From a virus (lineage: Duplodnaviria; Caudoviricetes), in IMG/VR virus record IMGVR_UViG_3300020147_000004, positions 1 to 61,553 of that record: a DNA stretch of 61,553 nt; one strand, 5' to 3'. Under the pieces are notes generated by a model. That model did not search any database, had not been told where the DNA came from, and saw only the letters and a program-made list of their open reading frames with translations. The position numbers and the translations under genes are program-made. Numbering within the stretch: position 1 is the stretch's first letter; each line of letters starts with the position of its first letter. Positions 18,988-29,773 of the stretch are shown here, piece after piece.

Positions 18988-20358
18988 TCACGGCTTCTCC
19001 GCCGCCCGGTCTCTCTTCGGAACCACCCAGCCGACCGCGTGGACACCGCCGCGCGACTCCGCGTACTGCCTTGGGTCTTCTCCTTCCGGGATGAGCTCGA
19101 CCGTCGCTCCGGACGGAACGCGCGCGTTCCATATCGGAGGCTGATCGCAGCCGAAGACGACGAAGTCCTTCGTCGGTGGCCCGTCCCACGCCGTGAGGTG
19201 CGGCGTCCCGCCTCGCCAATATCCAACCAGGTAAACCTCGTCCCAGTCCATCAGCGGGTCTCCTTCACGTGCGGGAATGCCGCCTGTAACGCCGCCAACG
19301 CGGCGCGCTCCGCCGGTCTCTTGTTGGTGCGCGTGGAGCGGTCCGAGATGGTGAATTCGAGGCCGAAGACGATGGCGGGCACGTGCGCCTCGAGGGCCGT
19401 GAGCTTCGCCACTGCCGCGTCCAACGCGGTGCCCTTCATCTGAAAGATGGCGTTGTTGATGATGTCCTTCAGGCGCTTGTTCTCGGCCTTCACCTCGGCG
19501 AGCTCGCGTTCGGCGGATTCGGCGCGCTGCTTGTAGTCGCGGATCATCGCCGCGGGACCGCGGAAGGGGTACGGCTCGTTGTCTTCTTTCACGTCAGCCA
19601 CGTTCGCCCTCCTTCGCCGGCACGCGGCCGGTGCCACGGCACGTCTCACAATCACCGCCCCGAGCGGTCCGATATCCGGTACCGAGGCACGGGCCGCATT
19701 CCTTCGTCTCCCCGCTCGGCGCTTCCTTCGCCTTGTCGATGCGCGCCACGATGTCCTCGAGCGCGACCTGCCAGTGCTCGCCCGCGTCACATTGGTCACG
19801 CCGGTAGTAGGTGTCCGCCGCTGATTCGCTCGCCGCTTGCTTTACATCGTCAAGCAGAGCCTCCGCCCTCCGCCTCGCCTCCCGCTCGGAAGTGAGATCG
19901 CGCTCTGCGTCTCTGACCTTGTCGATGTATTCGTTTAGCTTCTCTTCGAACACGTCGCGCGTCATGCGCTGGTACGACGCTTCGCGCTTCGCCGCCTCGA
20001 GCTCGGCGTGGAGCTCGTCGGCGTAGGCGAGGGCGTCACGAACCGACTCCGTGCGCTCGCTCAATAGCACCGCGTCCAGGCGCTCCCGCAGCTCCCGCAT
20101 CCGCTCCTCGTGGGTCTGGTCGGTCACGAGCTGACTCCGTCGATGACGGTTTCCGCCAGCAGCTTCAGGATGTTCCTCTTGACGCTGATGTCGTGCCCGG
20201 GTCGCATCAACTCCGAAGCACGCCGCAACCCCCGCTTCAGCTCCCAACAAGCATTGCAGAGCCGAGTGCCCTCATTGATTGTGGGTTCCAGGCACACTGA
20301 GCAAGCAACGTTAGGCATCGTTCGATAGGCGCGCTCGTTGGCGTTGTTATCGGACATC
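18988..20358 (-). other. Coupled small hypothetical genes (18988-19251, 19251-19601, 19594-20127 with coiled coil and CxxCxGxG, 20124-20358 with CxxC pairs)
   Basis: Overlapping start/stop codons with RBS; end of the leftward early operon. Confidence 0.55.
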
Positions 20359-20543
20359 CTCAATCCTTTCGCCCTCGGGCGTGCTGAGGTACGCATACAA
20401 CGCGTTCATCAGCGCAGCCTCGGACTCCGCGTCCTCCCGACTTCCCAGCCCGGCGTCGTACCAACGAATCGCCGCCTCGACGACCGGGGCCATGCGGGAC
20501 TCGCGGGAGGCGGCGGAGAGGAGGCGGCGTTGCTCGTCCTGGT

Positions 20544-20735
20544 CTACTCCGTCCGCAGGCCCTCGCACGCCCACATCGAGGCTTCCTCGAGCTTCGTGAT
20601 CACGAGCGACCGCGCTCGCGACTTCGGGCCAGCGTTCAGCCCCTTCAGCATCCCCTCGATCACCATTCGAATCTCGGTCAGGTCGTGGGTCTCGATATTG
20701 ATCTCGGTTTTCGGCGCTTCCAGTCCTTCGGGCAT
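20544..20735 (-). CDS. Acb2/Tad1-like cyclic-nucleotide sponge (anti-defence)
   Basis: SRARSLVITKLEEASMWACEG resembles the Acb2 family C-terminal helix motif TKLxEAxMWA; AGGAG RBS. Confidence 0.7.
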   Translation of the reverse strand: MPEGLEAPKTEINIETHDLTEIRMVIEGMLKGLNAGPKSRARSLVITKLEEASMWACEGLRTE

Positions 20736-20918
20736 TGTCGGTCTCCTGTTGTTGTTGTCGAAGATTCTCTTTGAGGCATTCGGCCACCGCCTCGTTCCAC
20801 CCGAGGTCGTACGCCGATTGCTTGCTGAGCGCTGAGCAGTCGCACAGTCCGCACTCGCGGTCCGCTAGGGACCAGCAACGTGCGTCGTGCTCGAACTTCG
20901 GGGCGGGCGGGGAAGGCA

Positions 20919-23486
20919 TCACTCCACCTCTTCCCCGGTCGTGATGACCGTGCGGATGGCTGCGATTGCTTGCTGGTAGTCATCATTCGAAACCAGCACA
21001 TCTCTCGCCCCTTCCGGATAGGCAGGGTTGCGAACCAGGACCGTGATCTTCACCGGCTCGGTGAACATGTCCTCGATTGCTGCCGCGTGTGACGCGATGG
21101 CCTCGTGCAGTCGGCGCATGATTGCAGGGTCGGCCATCTACTTCCTCCCCTTCCCCGCCCGGGCGCGGCTCACCGCTCCTATGCGGTGGCCACAAGCTCC
21201 GTACATGCAGCTACCGACCGTCCTCGACGGTTCGATAGGCTTTTCGCAGATATAGCAAAGCCCCTGTGACCAGAGCCGACCGACACGCTCAGCAAACGCT
21301 GCCACCTCGCGCTCGCGCGCGGCATGGTCTTCGTCGGTCATCCACTCGCGCTTCGGGCATGTGTCCGGCGGAGCCTTCTCGGTGAGCTGAAGGCATGGGA
21401 GCGGCCTGGTGAGCGTCTCCAGCGAGACGCCAGTGAGGCACGTCGCGTACTGGATGCCGCGAAAGTGACGGCACTTCGCGTCCGCCATCACCGCCCCCTC
21501 CCGCTCGCGCGGACGTAGCGGACGGCGCGGTATTGGATGTACGGCGTGCCGTCTTCGAGCCACGACTTGGCCGTCGTTTTGCTCCGACTGCCGAAGGCGA
21601 ACGGTACCCAGGGTCCCCAGCGCCTGTTCATCTTCAGCGAGCGGCACTCGTGCAGCCAGACGCCTTGCCGCGCCATTACTTACCCCTCAGCGCGAGGCGG
21701 TAAGCTCGCACTGCATCACCCAGGCGTTGCATTAGCTCCGTAACCCGACGCGCTGAGCGGTGGACGCGACCCTCGGGGAAGAGCGAGAGCGCGGCAGAGA
21801 GTACAGCGAACGGAGACCCCGAGGCTGAATAGCCGTTGGTGATTAGCGACTGCTCTAAGTCGTCCGAGAACTCCGCGTCCACCGAGCGCCGCCGCTGCGC
21901 GTACTCCCACAGCAAGTCCTGAGCGGTCGGGTCCTTGACCGATAGCGGCACCTTGCCGCGCGGGGTCGTAGGGTACTTGTCGCTCTGAAACTCGCCGTCG
22001 ATGATGTGAGAACCCATAGCGTTATTCCTTCCCCCTCGCGGCGAGGCGCTGGGCGCGGATGATTCGCTCGAACAGCTTCCGCTCCGTGGCGTTGAGCTTT
22101 CCCCCGTCTTTGCCTTCAACGTCGTCGCGGAGAATCTCCTCCGCCTCATCGAGAAGCCTCAGCCCCTCGCGTCCCGTCTCGTCGCTCCTCCAACCCGACC
22201 CGCCGCAAGCGTCGCAGCCCTTGCCGTTGCGGTAGAGCTCGCCTTCGCCTAAGCATACAGAGCAATCCGCCTCGTCGAGCAGCCGCTCGGATTCGGGCTT
22301 GTCATTCATCAGGGCCGGCACGGCCTCCGCGTGCTCCGTGTACCCGTCCAACTTGGACTGCTCGGGGAACTCGAACTTAGGCTTCTCCTCCTGCGCGGGC
22401 GGCGGGGCGGTGAGCACGCGGCGGATCTCCCGGAGCGCGTCGGACAGGAGGGCCAGGTCGTCGGCACACGCCGCGGGCGATCGAGCGCGCAGTGCATTGT
22501 CGGCAATCTCCCGCGCCTTCTCCGCCCGGCTCTGCTCGAGGCGGTCGAGGGCGGAGAGGATTCGCGTCGCCATGCCTTCGGGGCCGCCGTCGCGCACCAG
22601 GTCGAAGCCTTGTACTGAGTCGATCAGTTCTTTGATTCTCGGGTCCGTCACGGCTCGTCGTCTCCTTCGTTGCGATGGGTGGCGCCACCCCTGCCCTCCG
22701 CATCTTCGACGTGGCTCCCGACGAACGCCCAGTGTCCCGCTCGCTCCACAAGTGCCGCCGTCACAGACGTGAACGTCGCTGCCTGCGACCAGGTGCCACC
22801 GAACATCGGCCCAACCGCGGACATGCGCTGGTAGTAGGTCCCGTTCCTGTGCTTCAGCCGAAACGGCGGTTTCCTGCGCGCCATCAGCTCTCCCACCCCG
22901 CCGTGCTCCACGCGTCCCAATCGCTCGGGTGGCGCTGCTCAGGTGCGGCGCGCTTGGCGGAGGCGATGCGCTCCGGCAGTTCTTCCCGCGGCACGTCCAA
23001 CAACGCATGCCGCGCCGCGTCCCCCGCGCAGTCCTGACAGATGGGCCTCCCGTCGTAGTCGAGGCCCGGAGCGTTGTGCTGTCCGCACGTCGCGCACTGC
23101 TTCGCTTGTGCCTCCGCACCAGGGGGATCTTCGCGCTCGGGTGAATGAGCCCGGGCGGCATCTGTTAGGGCAGATTCAGAACCGCCCTGGGGCGGAGGCG
23201 TCTTGTGCGGGCGGGGGATGCGGGTCCAGTCGAGCTCCCCTGGCTCGACGTAGAGGCGCCGCTGTTCAAACTCGGAGCCGTCGAGCCGATCTGAGCTCTG
23301 CACCCGGTAGAGCCCATGCCTCAGCTCGACGCCGAAGAGTCGGTACCCGCCGTTCCAATTCCAGACCGCCCCATCGGGCAGGCTGCTAGGGAGTTCTTCC
23401 TTCGGCGGACAGGTGCCGTAGTACTCCACCGGCTCGGGTTGGGCGGGGCCACAGTCCGGCGGGACGAAGCCTTCGAGCCAGATCAT
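20919..23486 (-). other. Run of coupled small hypothetical genes (20919-21137, 21138-21488, 21488-21676, 21676-22018, 22022-22651, 22648-22884, 22884-23486)
   Basis: Head-to-tail ORFs, several with Cys-pair Zn motifs. Confidence 0.55.
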
Positions 23487-23920
23487 CGATCCCACCACAA
23501 TTCGGTTGCGGAGTAGCAGGACAGAGCGAAGGGGATCTCCCCGTCTCCGCCCGCCGTCTCCGGCGCGAAGCGGTCGTCGTCCGAAGGGGGAGCGGAGCCA
23601 CGTGAAGCCGCTGGCGGTCCAACCGGCTTTCCTCCGCCCATGAAGTCTATCTCCGCGACGTTCAGCTCGACGTAGGTCTTTCCGTTGTACTCCCGCGTTG
23701 AGAGCTCGCCGACGACCGCAACACGCTTACCCTTCGTGAGATGCTGAACGCGCGTCTCGCCGCGGTTGCCCCAAAGCGAACATCGCACCCATGTCGTGGT
23801 CTCCTCGCCGCCCCTTTTCTTCTTGGACGACGCGACGCTGAAGCTGCAAACCGAGGTGTTCCCGGCCTGGCGGATCTCCGCGTCGTTGCCGATGTTGCCT
23901 GTTACGAATGCTTGGATCAT
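23483..23920 (-). CDS. ssb: Single-stranded DNA-binding protein
   Basis: VTGNIGNDAE, FSVA, TTWVRCSLWG, LTKGKRVAVVGEL, acidic tail with EIPF. Confidence 0.92.
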   Translation of the reverse strand: MIQAFVTGNIGNDAEIRQAGNTSVCSFSVASSKKKRGGEETTTWVRCSLWGNRGETRVQHLTKGKRVAVVGELSTREYNGKTYVELNVAEIDFMGGGKPVGPPAASRGSAPPSDDDRFAPETAGGDGEIPFALSCYSATELWWDR

Positions 23921-24324
23921 TGGTCCGCCTTGGTGTGCATGGTCATGGGGATGGGTTTCTTGCGCGGTAGTTTCACCTCGACGGCGATCGGCTCCGCGAT
24001 GTCCGGGCTGCCCCAGACGCGCGTCGCTTCCTCGCCGTTCCACTTGTCGGCGAACAGAATGACGCGCTTGCCGACCCATTCGGCTAGCTTGCGACCGAAC
24101 ATCGCGCGCAAGCAGATGCCGTTCGTCTTGTTGAGCGGAAGCTGCTTGGGGGTCTCGACGAACGAGACGATGCCCTTGACCTTCTCTTTACCGTCGTCGC
24201 CGACGAGGTTGTCGAGGTCCACGTCCTTGATGGTCAGCGTGGGCCTTTTGCCCTTGAACTCGCCGGCCTTGATGAAGCGTCCCGGGTAGAGCTCGTCCCA
24301 ATCGACAGGTTTCGTAAGTGCCAT
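23917..24324 (-). CDS. Recombination-module protein of unknown family
   Basis: Lies between the exonuclease and ssb; RFIKA, LTIKDV, LNKTN, WVGKRV. Confidence 0.6.
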   Translation of the reverse strand: MALTKPVDWDELYPGRFIKAGEFKGKRPTLTIKDVDLDNLVGDDGKEKVKGIVSFVETPKQLPLNKTNGICLRAMFGRKLAEWVGKRVILFADKWNGEEATRVWGSPDIAEPIAVEVKLPRKKPIPMTMHTKADQ

Positions 24325-24377
24325 GTGTTTCTCCGTTCTTGGTTGCATGCCTTGGTCGCAATGACCGTGGGCGTTGA

Positions 24378-25232
24378 TCATTCGGCTGCGCCTGGTAGTT
24401 CCAGGCCGAGAGACTCGAGGTCGTCGTCTTCGGTCATCATCCACGCCGGCAGCTGCGCATCCATTTCGCAACCGTTCGCGTAGCCGGGCCACTCGCGCCT
24501 GTGCTCACACTCGACGAGCCGGATGAGCATCGACCGGTACTCCTCGCGGCCCTTATCGAGCACCTCGTTCGTCATGTTGTAGACGACCACGTCATGCGGC
24601 TCCTCGAACTCGACCGCGACGACCTTTGACTTCGGGTCGGAGCCCGGAACCGCCGCCTTGAATCCGTCCAGGTAGAACGCCTTTTGCGCGTGGTAGAGGA
24701 GTCGAGCGGCCGACCGCCAAAATGCGAACGACTCGATGTTCGCTGCGCCCTTCAGATCCACGACCACGTCGGACGGGTCTTGTGACACCCAGTCGAGTCG
24801 GCCCTTGCAGCGAACTCCCGTCTCCGTGTCATCCCAGACGATTGTAACCTCGGGGTGACCCGCCTCGAGGTACCGCATTGCGCAAGCGTCCCGGCGGACA
24901 GCGTCGCGAATGGCGATGGCCGTCTTGTACTCGTCGGTCTTGATGATCTGCTTGCCGTCGTTGGCAGCCTGGAACTCCTTCCACTTCTTGCCGGCGCGTC
25001 GCTTGCCGCTGAAGAGCGCGTAGTCGATCATGAATCGCTCGGGCTCCAGAACGGCGGTGTGCGCAGCGGTCCCGAGCCGCATGTTCTTTGTCGAGGGGCG
25101 TGGGCTCTTTAGCCGGTGTCGGTAGCGCCGCGGCGACGTGAGGATCTCCTTCAGCGAGGAGAAGTTCACGGCCTGGATGGTCGCGTAGTCCACGGCACCG
25201 CTGAGATAGAGACCCGGCTTGACCTCAGTCAT
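24378..25232 (-). CDS. RecE/exonuclease VIII-like PD-(D/E)xK nuclease
   Basis: SSLK, GTAAHTAVLEP, EVTIVW, CKGRLD, VVDLK, YHAQKAFY. Confidence 0.85.
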   Translation of the reverse strand: MTEVKPGLYLSGAVDYATIQAVNFSSLKEILTSPRRYRHRLKSPRPSTKNMRLGTAAHTAVLEPERFMIDYALFSGKRRAGKKWKEFQAANDGKQIIKTDEYKTAIAIRDAVRRDACAMRYLEAGHPEVTIVWDDTETGVRCKGRLDWVSQDPSDVVVDLKGAANIESFAFWRSAARLLYHAQKAFYLDGFKAAVPGSDPKSKVVAVEFEEPHDVVVYNMTNEVLDKGREEYRSMLIRLVECEHRREWPGYANGCEMDAQLPAWMMTEDDDLESLGLELPGAAE

Positions 25233-27019
25233 TGCTCCTCCACGGCCACCGAGACCTCGCGGTTCACAACGATCCATTCCGAGCCGTCGGCTGGCACCCG
25301 CTCACGTGCAAGCCGCTCAGCTTCGCGCGGGTTTTGAGCCTCGACTTCGATGCTCAGCACCGATTCGACGACTCGGACAATTTGGACTCGATGCGGTTGC
25401 ATGACTGTTCAGGTGCCTCTCTCCCAGAAGCGGGTACCTAATTCCGTCGTGACCCTCTTCGTCAGTTGGGCGTCGTGATAGTCAACCTCCCGCTGCTCCC
25501 GCATCTCCCGGACGATGATCTCGATTCGCTCGAGCTCGCGGCCGGCCGCTTCGGCATCGCCTTGCACCGTGAATCGCGCGAGACGATTGGCCGCGCGGGC
25601 GAGGCGGTCGGCGAGGGTCGGGGAGATCACGACTTCCTCCAGGTGGAGGCCAGGTGCACCGCGAACCTCGCGTGCACTCCCCTCGCGATCAACTCGTCGT
25701 AAATGTGCCCAGCCTCCACGAGCCGCTCGCCGAGCACATTCCAGTGCTCCTCGCAGAAGGTGACCTCCGTGCCGTCGCCCATGTCCACGCCATGCCGCGG
25801 ATGGTGAACACACGCGATGCACTGGGGCTTGATGGCCAACTCCTTCCTGCGCGGGCTCATGGTCTCCGACGCCTCTCGCTAACTCGCCTCCTGAGCTCAC
25901 CGAGGACGAGCTCCCGCGCAGCCTTCGAGTACGGCGTGGAGTCGGCCGCGTCGAACAGTGACTGCCACAGCGCGTCACTTTGCTTCTCGACGTGAGCCAG
26001 GATGGCAGCCGGGCTACCCGCCAGCATCGCATCGAGCTCCCGCAAGACGCGGTTAGCATGCTGAAATACATCGGCACCCCGGCCCATCACCGGAGCTCCC
26101 TTCGCGGGTCGAGCTTGTCCATCAGATCGCACGCAGCCGCCTGTCCCTCGTGGACAGCGACGAACCCCTTCGACACAGTGAGCACGCACCAGCGCATCAG
26201 CTTCAGCTCAGTTGCGCTCAAGCTGGCAATCTGCTCACGAAGGTAACTCTCGCTCTCGGCGGCGCTCGCCAGCGGCGGTGGTAGATCGAATGGTTCGCTC
26301 ACCTCGGCCTCCCTTCCAACACCCGAATCAACACATACAGGACAGCCTGCTCCGACGGCGGCACGTGCGGCTGCTCCATGCGTGCCCGAAGCAGCTCCTC
26401 CAGCGCCCGCAGCGTTACGTCGGAGGCGTGGGTGGCGAGGGCGTCAACGCAATCCTCTACGGGCGCTCGAACCGCGGCGATCGGCGTGAGCCACTGGATT
26501 GCGGCGTCGCGGAGGGTGGTCATGGCTCGTTCCTTTCGAGTCGGTCGATGCATCGCTCTAGGCGCTCGGCCCAATCCTCAGCGCGAGGGTCACTGATTAC
26601 GGTCGTGCCGAATCCGAAGCCCGGAGCCGCCGCAGCCAGTGTGCCGCCAAGAGTGCAGTGCGGCGCCGGATGCAGAACCTTCGGCCATGCCACGCACGCT
26701 TCCTTGTGGCGCACCCGCTCCTCCTCGGTCGAGGCTTCCGGGTCAGGCGCAAAGTCGTTTGGGTCACCGCCGAGGAAGAACCCGTAGTGGGTATCTTCGG
26801 CCGCAACGCGAATGTCGGAGAGCAGCTCGCGCAGCTCCTCGATCGCTTCATCGTGGCGCTCGCTCACGGCTCCCCCCAAGGCACCGGGTCAATCCCCGTC
26901 CCGACGGCAGCCAGCAACCCGACCGCCGCCGCGATGAACAGCACCGCCAGAATCAAGCTGCGGCGATCGCGCCACACGGTGCACACCGCGTCCCAGGCGA
27001 AGAAGTAGAACCAGCCCAT
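25229..27019 (-). other. Run of small hypothetical genes (25229-25402, 25409-25630, 25627-25860, 25857-26087, 26087-26302, 26299-26523, 26520-26867, 26864-27019 membrane)
   Basis: Coupled ORFs with RBS. Confidence 0.5.
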
Positions 27020-27291
27020 CACAACCTCACGAACAGATGGAAAACCAGGGTGCCGCCGTGAAGCTGAAACGTTCCGACGTAATCAGCCTCCGCCGTCAGG
27101 CCCGAAGCATCGTGCCCAGTGCCGCGCATGGCGAACCGCCGTGTCTCCATCTCCGCCTCTTCATTCACGAGAGCCCAGACGCACGGTTGATTGCCCTGCG
27201 TTTGGACACACAGCAGCCGAGCGCCTCGCGGCATCTCGATTGTGAACTCGTCCCGCATCGGGAGAGTGAACTTCCAGATCGTTGCCATCAA
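27019..27291 (-). CDS. Conserved phage hypothetical protein (IWKF...GTGH...YVGT...VFHLF type)
   Basis: Recognisable widespread phage motif pattern; function unknown. Confidence 0.7.
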   Translation of the reverse strand: MMATIWKFTLPMRDEFTIEMPRGARLLCVQTQGNQPCVWALVNEEAEMETRRFAMRGTGHDASGLTAEADYVGTFQLHGGTLVFHLFVRL

Positions 27292-28977
27292 TACCCCTCC
27301 ACGAGCTCCCGCTCGTCTTCAGTCAGCCCGTCACTCGTCATCCGAAATTCCCCGTCAACGCAGTCCGCATCGACCGCGTCGCCGAGCAGTTGTTGTCCAC
27401 ACAGGCCACCTGGCTCCGTGCGGTAGAACGCGAGTGCTTCCGCGAACGCGTCGAAGCGGCGCACATTCCTCAGGCAGTAGCCGTAGCGGACGCGGTAGGT
27501 CATCGGCGCCTCGCAATCTCCGCATAGCCGAACGCAACGCGCAGCAGCGCAGGTCCGAGCGTGCGCAGAACAAGTCGCCGCACCTCTACTACTGGGCTCC
27601 AGTAGCCGAACACGCAGAGGCCGGCGCTCACGACGCCACCCTTTCCCTCTCCCGCCGCGCTTGCAGGCGCTTGGCGGCAATCGGCCTCTCCCCGACAACG
27701 CGCCGGAGCTTGCGGCCCAGTTTGAACATCCACATGGACAGACCCCAAGCGCTCCCGCTGACGCGGACGATGCGACCGTCGCGAGTGACGACGCGCCAGC
27801 CCTCAGTGGGCGGCTGGTAGCAGCGGCCACGCTTGAAGAGCACCGGGGAAGCGAGGTCGATTCGGTACCCAGCGAGCTTCAGCGCCTTGTTCAGCGACGC
27901 ACCGTCGTCCAGCGCGAGGCAGCCGATGAGGGCGCGGGTGGAGGGGGTGTGTTTCACGACGCCACCTTCGAGCTCGGGTCTGGGAAGTGCGTGACGCTCG
28001 CCACCTTTGCCTTCATGGCCAATTGCATCCGGTGAACAGGGTCCAAGCCGGGGCCGGAAGCGCCACGCGCAGCCGCTACCCCGCCATCACCTACGATCAC
28101 AATATCGATGCGAGGCGGCTCGATGTGAACGAGCGGCATCTGCTGCCCCGCCGCCTTCTTGGTGAACTTCTTGCGTCCGCCGCCACGGAGACCGGTGCGT
28201 AGAAACCAGTCGTCCTTGTCGATCGTGTAGGCGCCAGGACCGGTCCGATGCACGCCGTCATCGTGCTCATGCGGCTTGTCGCCTCCCTCGTGCGAGTGGG
28301 AAAACTTGTTCAGCCACGTCTTGTGCGCGTTCGGACCACTGATGATGTAGTGCTCGTGCACTTCGAGTTTCGCGCTCACGACCGGCCCTCTTCGGCGGCG
28401 ATGGCGCGAGCGGCGCGGGCCTTCTGCGCAGAAACGCCAAGCTCATCGTAGCGATCGAGGCCAATACGACCGATCGCCTCTCTTCGTGCGGCGGCGAAGT
28501 GGTGTCTGCACTTCCGCCGAAACGCGCCGTCACGCTTGGCGAGCGACGCGAGGCAGCGCTTGCAGGTGACGCTGACGCGATGCTCAACAAACCACATCAT
28601 GTAGCCGCCTTCAGTCCGCTTATCGGCACCGCATGCCGCCGCCGACCCTATGCGGATATGTCGCGGCACAGCCCGGCGGCCGGCACCGTCGTCCTTCGTT
28701 TCGCGTCGGCTCACGACACCACCTCCACAAACCCACCGATCCAAAACGACACCCCATCCTCGTCCGCGTCGTCGCAGCCGAACGTCCCGCTCTCCGTGAT
28801 CCGGTAACCCTCGGGCAGCGCCGCCTCCGCCTGCTCCTCCGACAGGAACGGGCCGTCGCGGTCGCCGTCGCGCCAGGCGAGCCACACGAGGCCGGTCGGC
28901 AGCTTCGGCGGGGTCAGGTAAACGCGTTCGATCGGGGCAAGGTCGGCGGCAGTGGCTGGGCGCGTTGGGGTGTTCAT
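27288..28977 (-). other. First genes of the leftward early operon (27288-27503, 27628-27957, 27954-28379 His-rich, 28376-28714, 28711-28977)
   Basis: Coupled ORFs directly downstream of the PL-like promoter. Confidence 0.55.
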
Positions 28978-29000
28978 TGGGTCTCCGTGCTGACCAGCCC

Positions 29001-29036
29001 ATCCTGAGTCATATGACATTCAGTGTCAAGTGACTC
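29001..29036 (-). promoter_or_regulatory. PL-like promoter with two operators
   Basis: TTGACA-N17-CAGGAT on the minus strand; GTCA-NN-TGAC at 29008-29017 and 29025-29034. Confidence 0.75.
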
Positions 29037-29175
29037 GCAATGTGTCCAGCAAAATAGGCCCGCCGGCCGCTGCGAGCACATCCGGACCCTTGGGGCGCCG
29101 TGCCCCAGTGGCTCGCCCTAAACCCCCGTCCCGCGTCTAGACGCGCTGGCCCGGGCGTTGCAAGTTTCCCCGTAA

Positions 29176-29400
29176 ATGCAGGGGGCTTTCGTAGAAATCA
29201 GTCGTGTCGGCGAGCGTTGGATGGCGAAGGTCTACGGCCTTCGGAAATCCGGTGCTGTCGAACTTGTGGCCGAGGTGATCGGCGAGTGGTCCCTAGTGGA
29301 GCTAGTCGCTAACCGCTCAGGGTTACTTCTCGCCAGGACGGACGGACGCGCTGAGCTCGTCGAGCTGCTCCGCGCGAATGGGTGCCGAATCTCGACGTAG
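29176..29400 (+). CDS. Small hypothetical protein in the immunity region
   Basis: 74-aa ORF convergent with and overlapping the repressor. Confidence 0.35.
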   Translation: MQGAFVEISRVGERWMAKVYGLRKSGAVELVAEVIGEWSLVELVANRSGLLLARTDGRAELVELLRANGCRIST

Positions 29401-29703
29401 GCGGCGCGGCTGCTGCTCCGGCGGTGATTCATTGGCCAGCAAGTAGCCCACCGACACGCCGAGCTCGCGCGCGAGTCTAACTGCCGTGAGTGCTGTCATC
29501 CCGCGGACGCGGATGCCGCGTTCTAACCTAGAGGTATTGATCGAGAGCTCCGTCGGACCCTTGTCGGTATTCGACGTGCGGGCAGCCGTCAGTCGCTCCG
29601 GGAACCCGCGAAGCTCCTCGGGCACGTCTGGCGCCTCGGACTTCGTCGGCTTGCGCCTCGTTTGAGCAGCGCGCGGCATCAACCCCATCTTGTCACCTGA
29701 CAT
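29323..29703 (-). CDS. XRE-type HTH repressor (CI-like)
   Basis: FPERLTAAR, SRLERG, RLARELGVSVGYLL; divergent from cro; exact start uncertain. Confidence 0.75.
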   Translation of the reverse strand: MSGDKMGLMPRAAQTRRKPTKSEAPDVPEELRGFPERLTAARTSNTDKGPTELSINTSRLERGIRVRGMTALTAVRLARELGVSVGYLLANESPPEQQPRRLRRDSAPIRAEQLDELSASVRPGEK

Positions 29704-29765
29704 TCGGAGCTGTCACCCCCGCCCCCAGAATGGCACTTGACTTTCAATGTCACGTGACTCACGAT
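29692..29765 (+). promoter_or_regulatory. PR-like promoter with three operators
   Basis: TTGACT-N17-CACGAT; GTCACCTGAC 29692, GGCACTTGAC 29732, GTCACGTGAC 29749. Confidence 0.75.
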
Positions 29766-29773
29766 GCGGTGAC

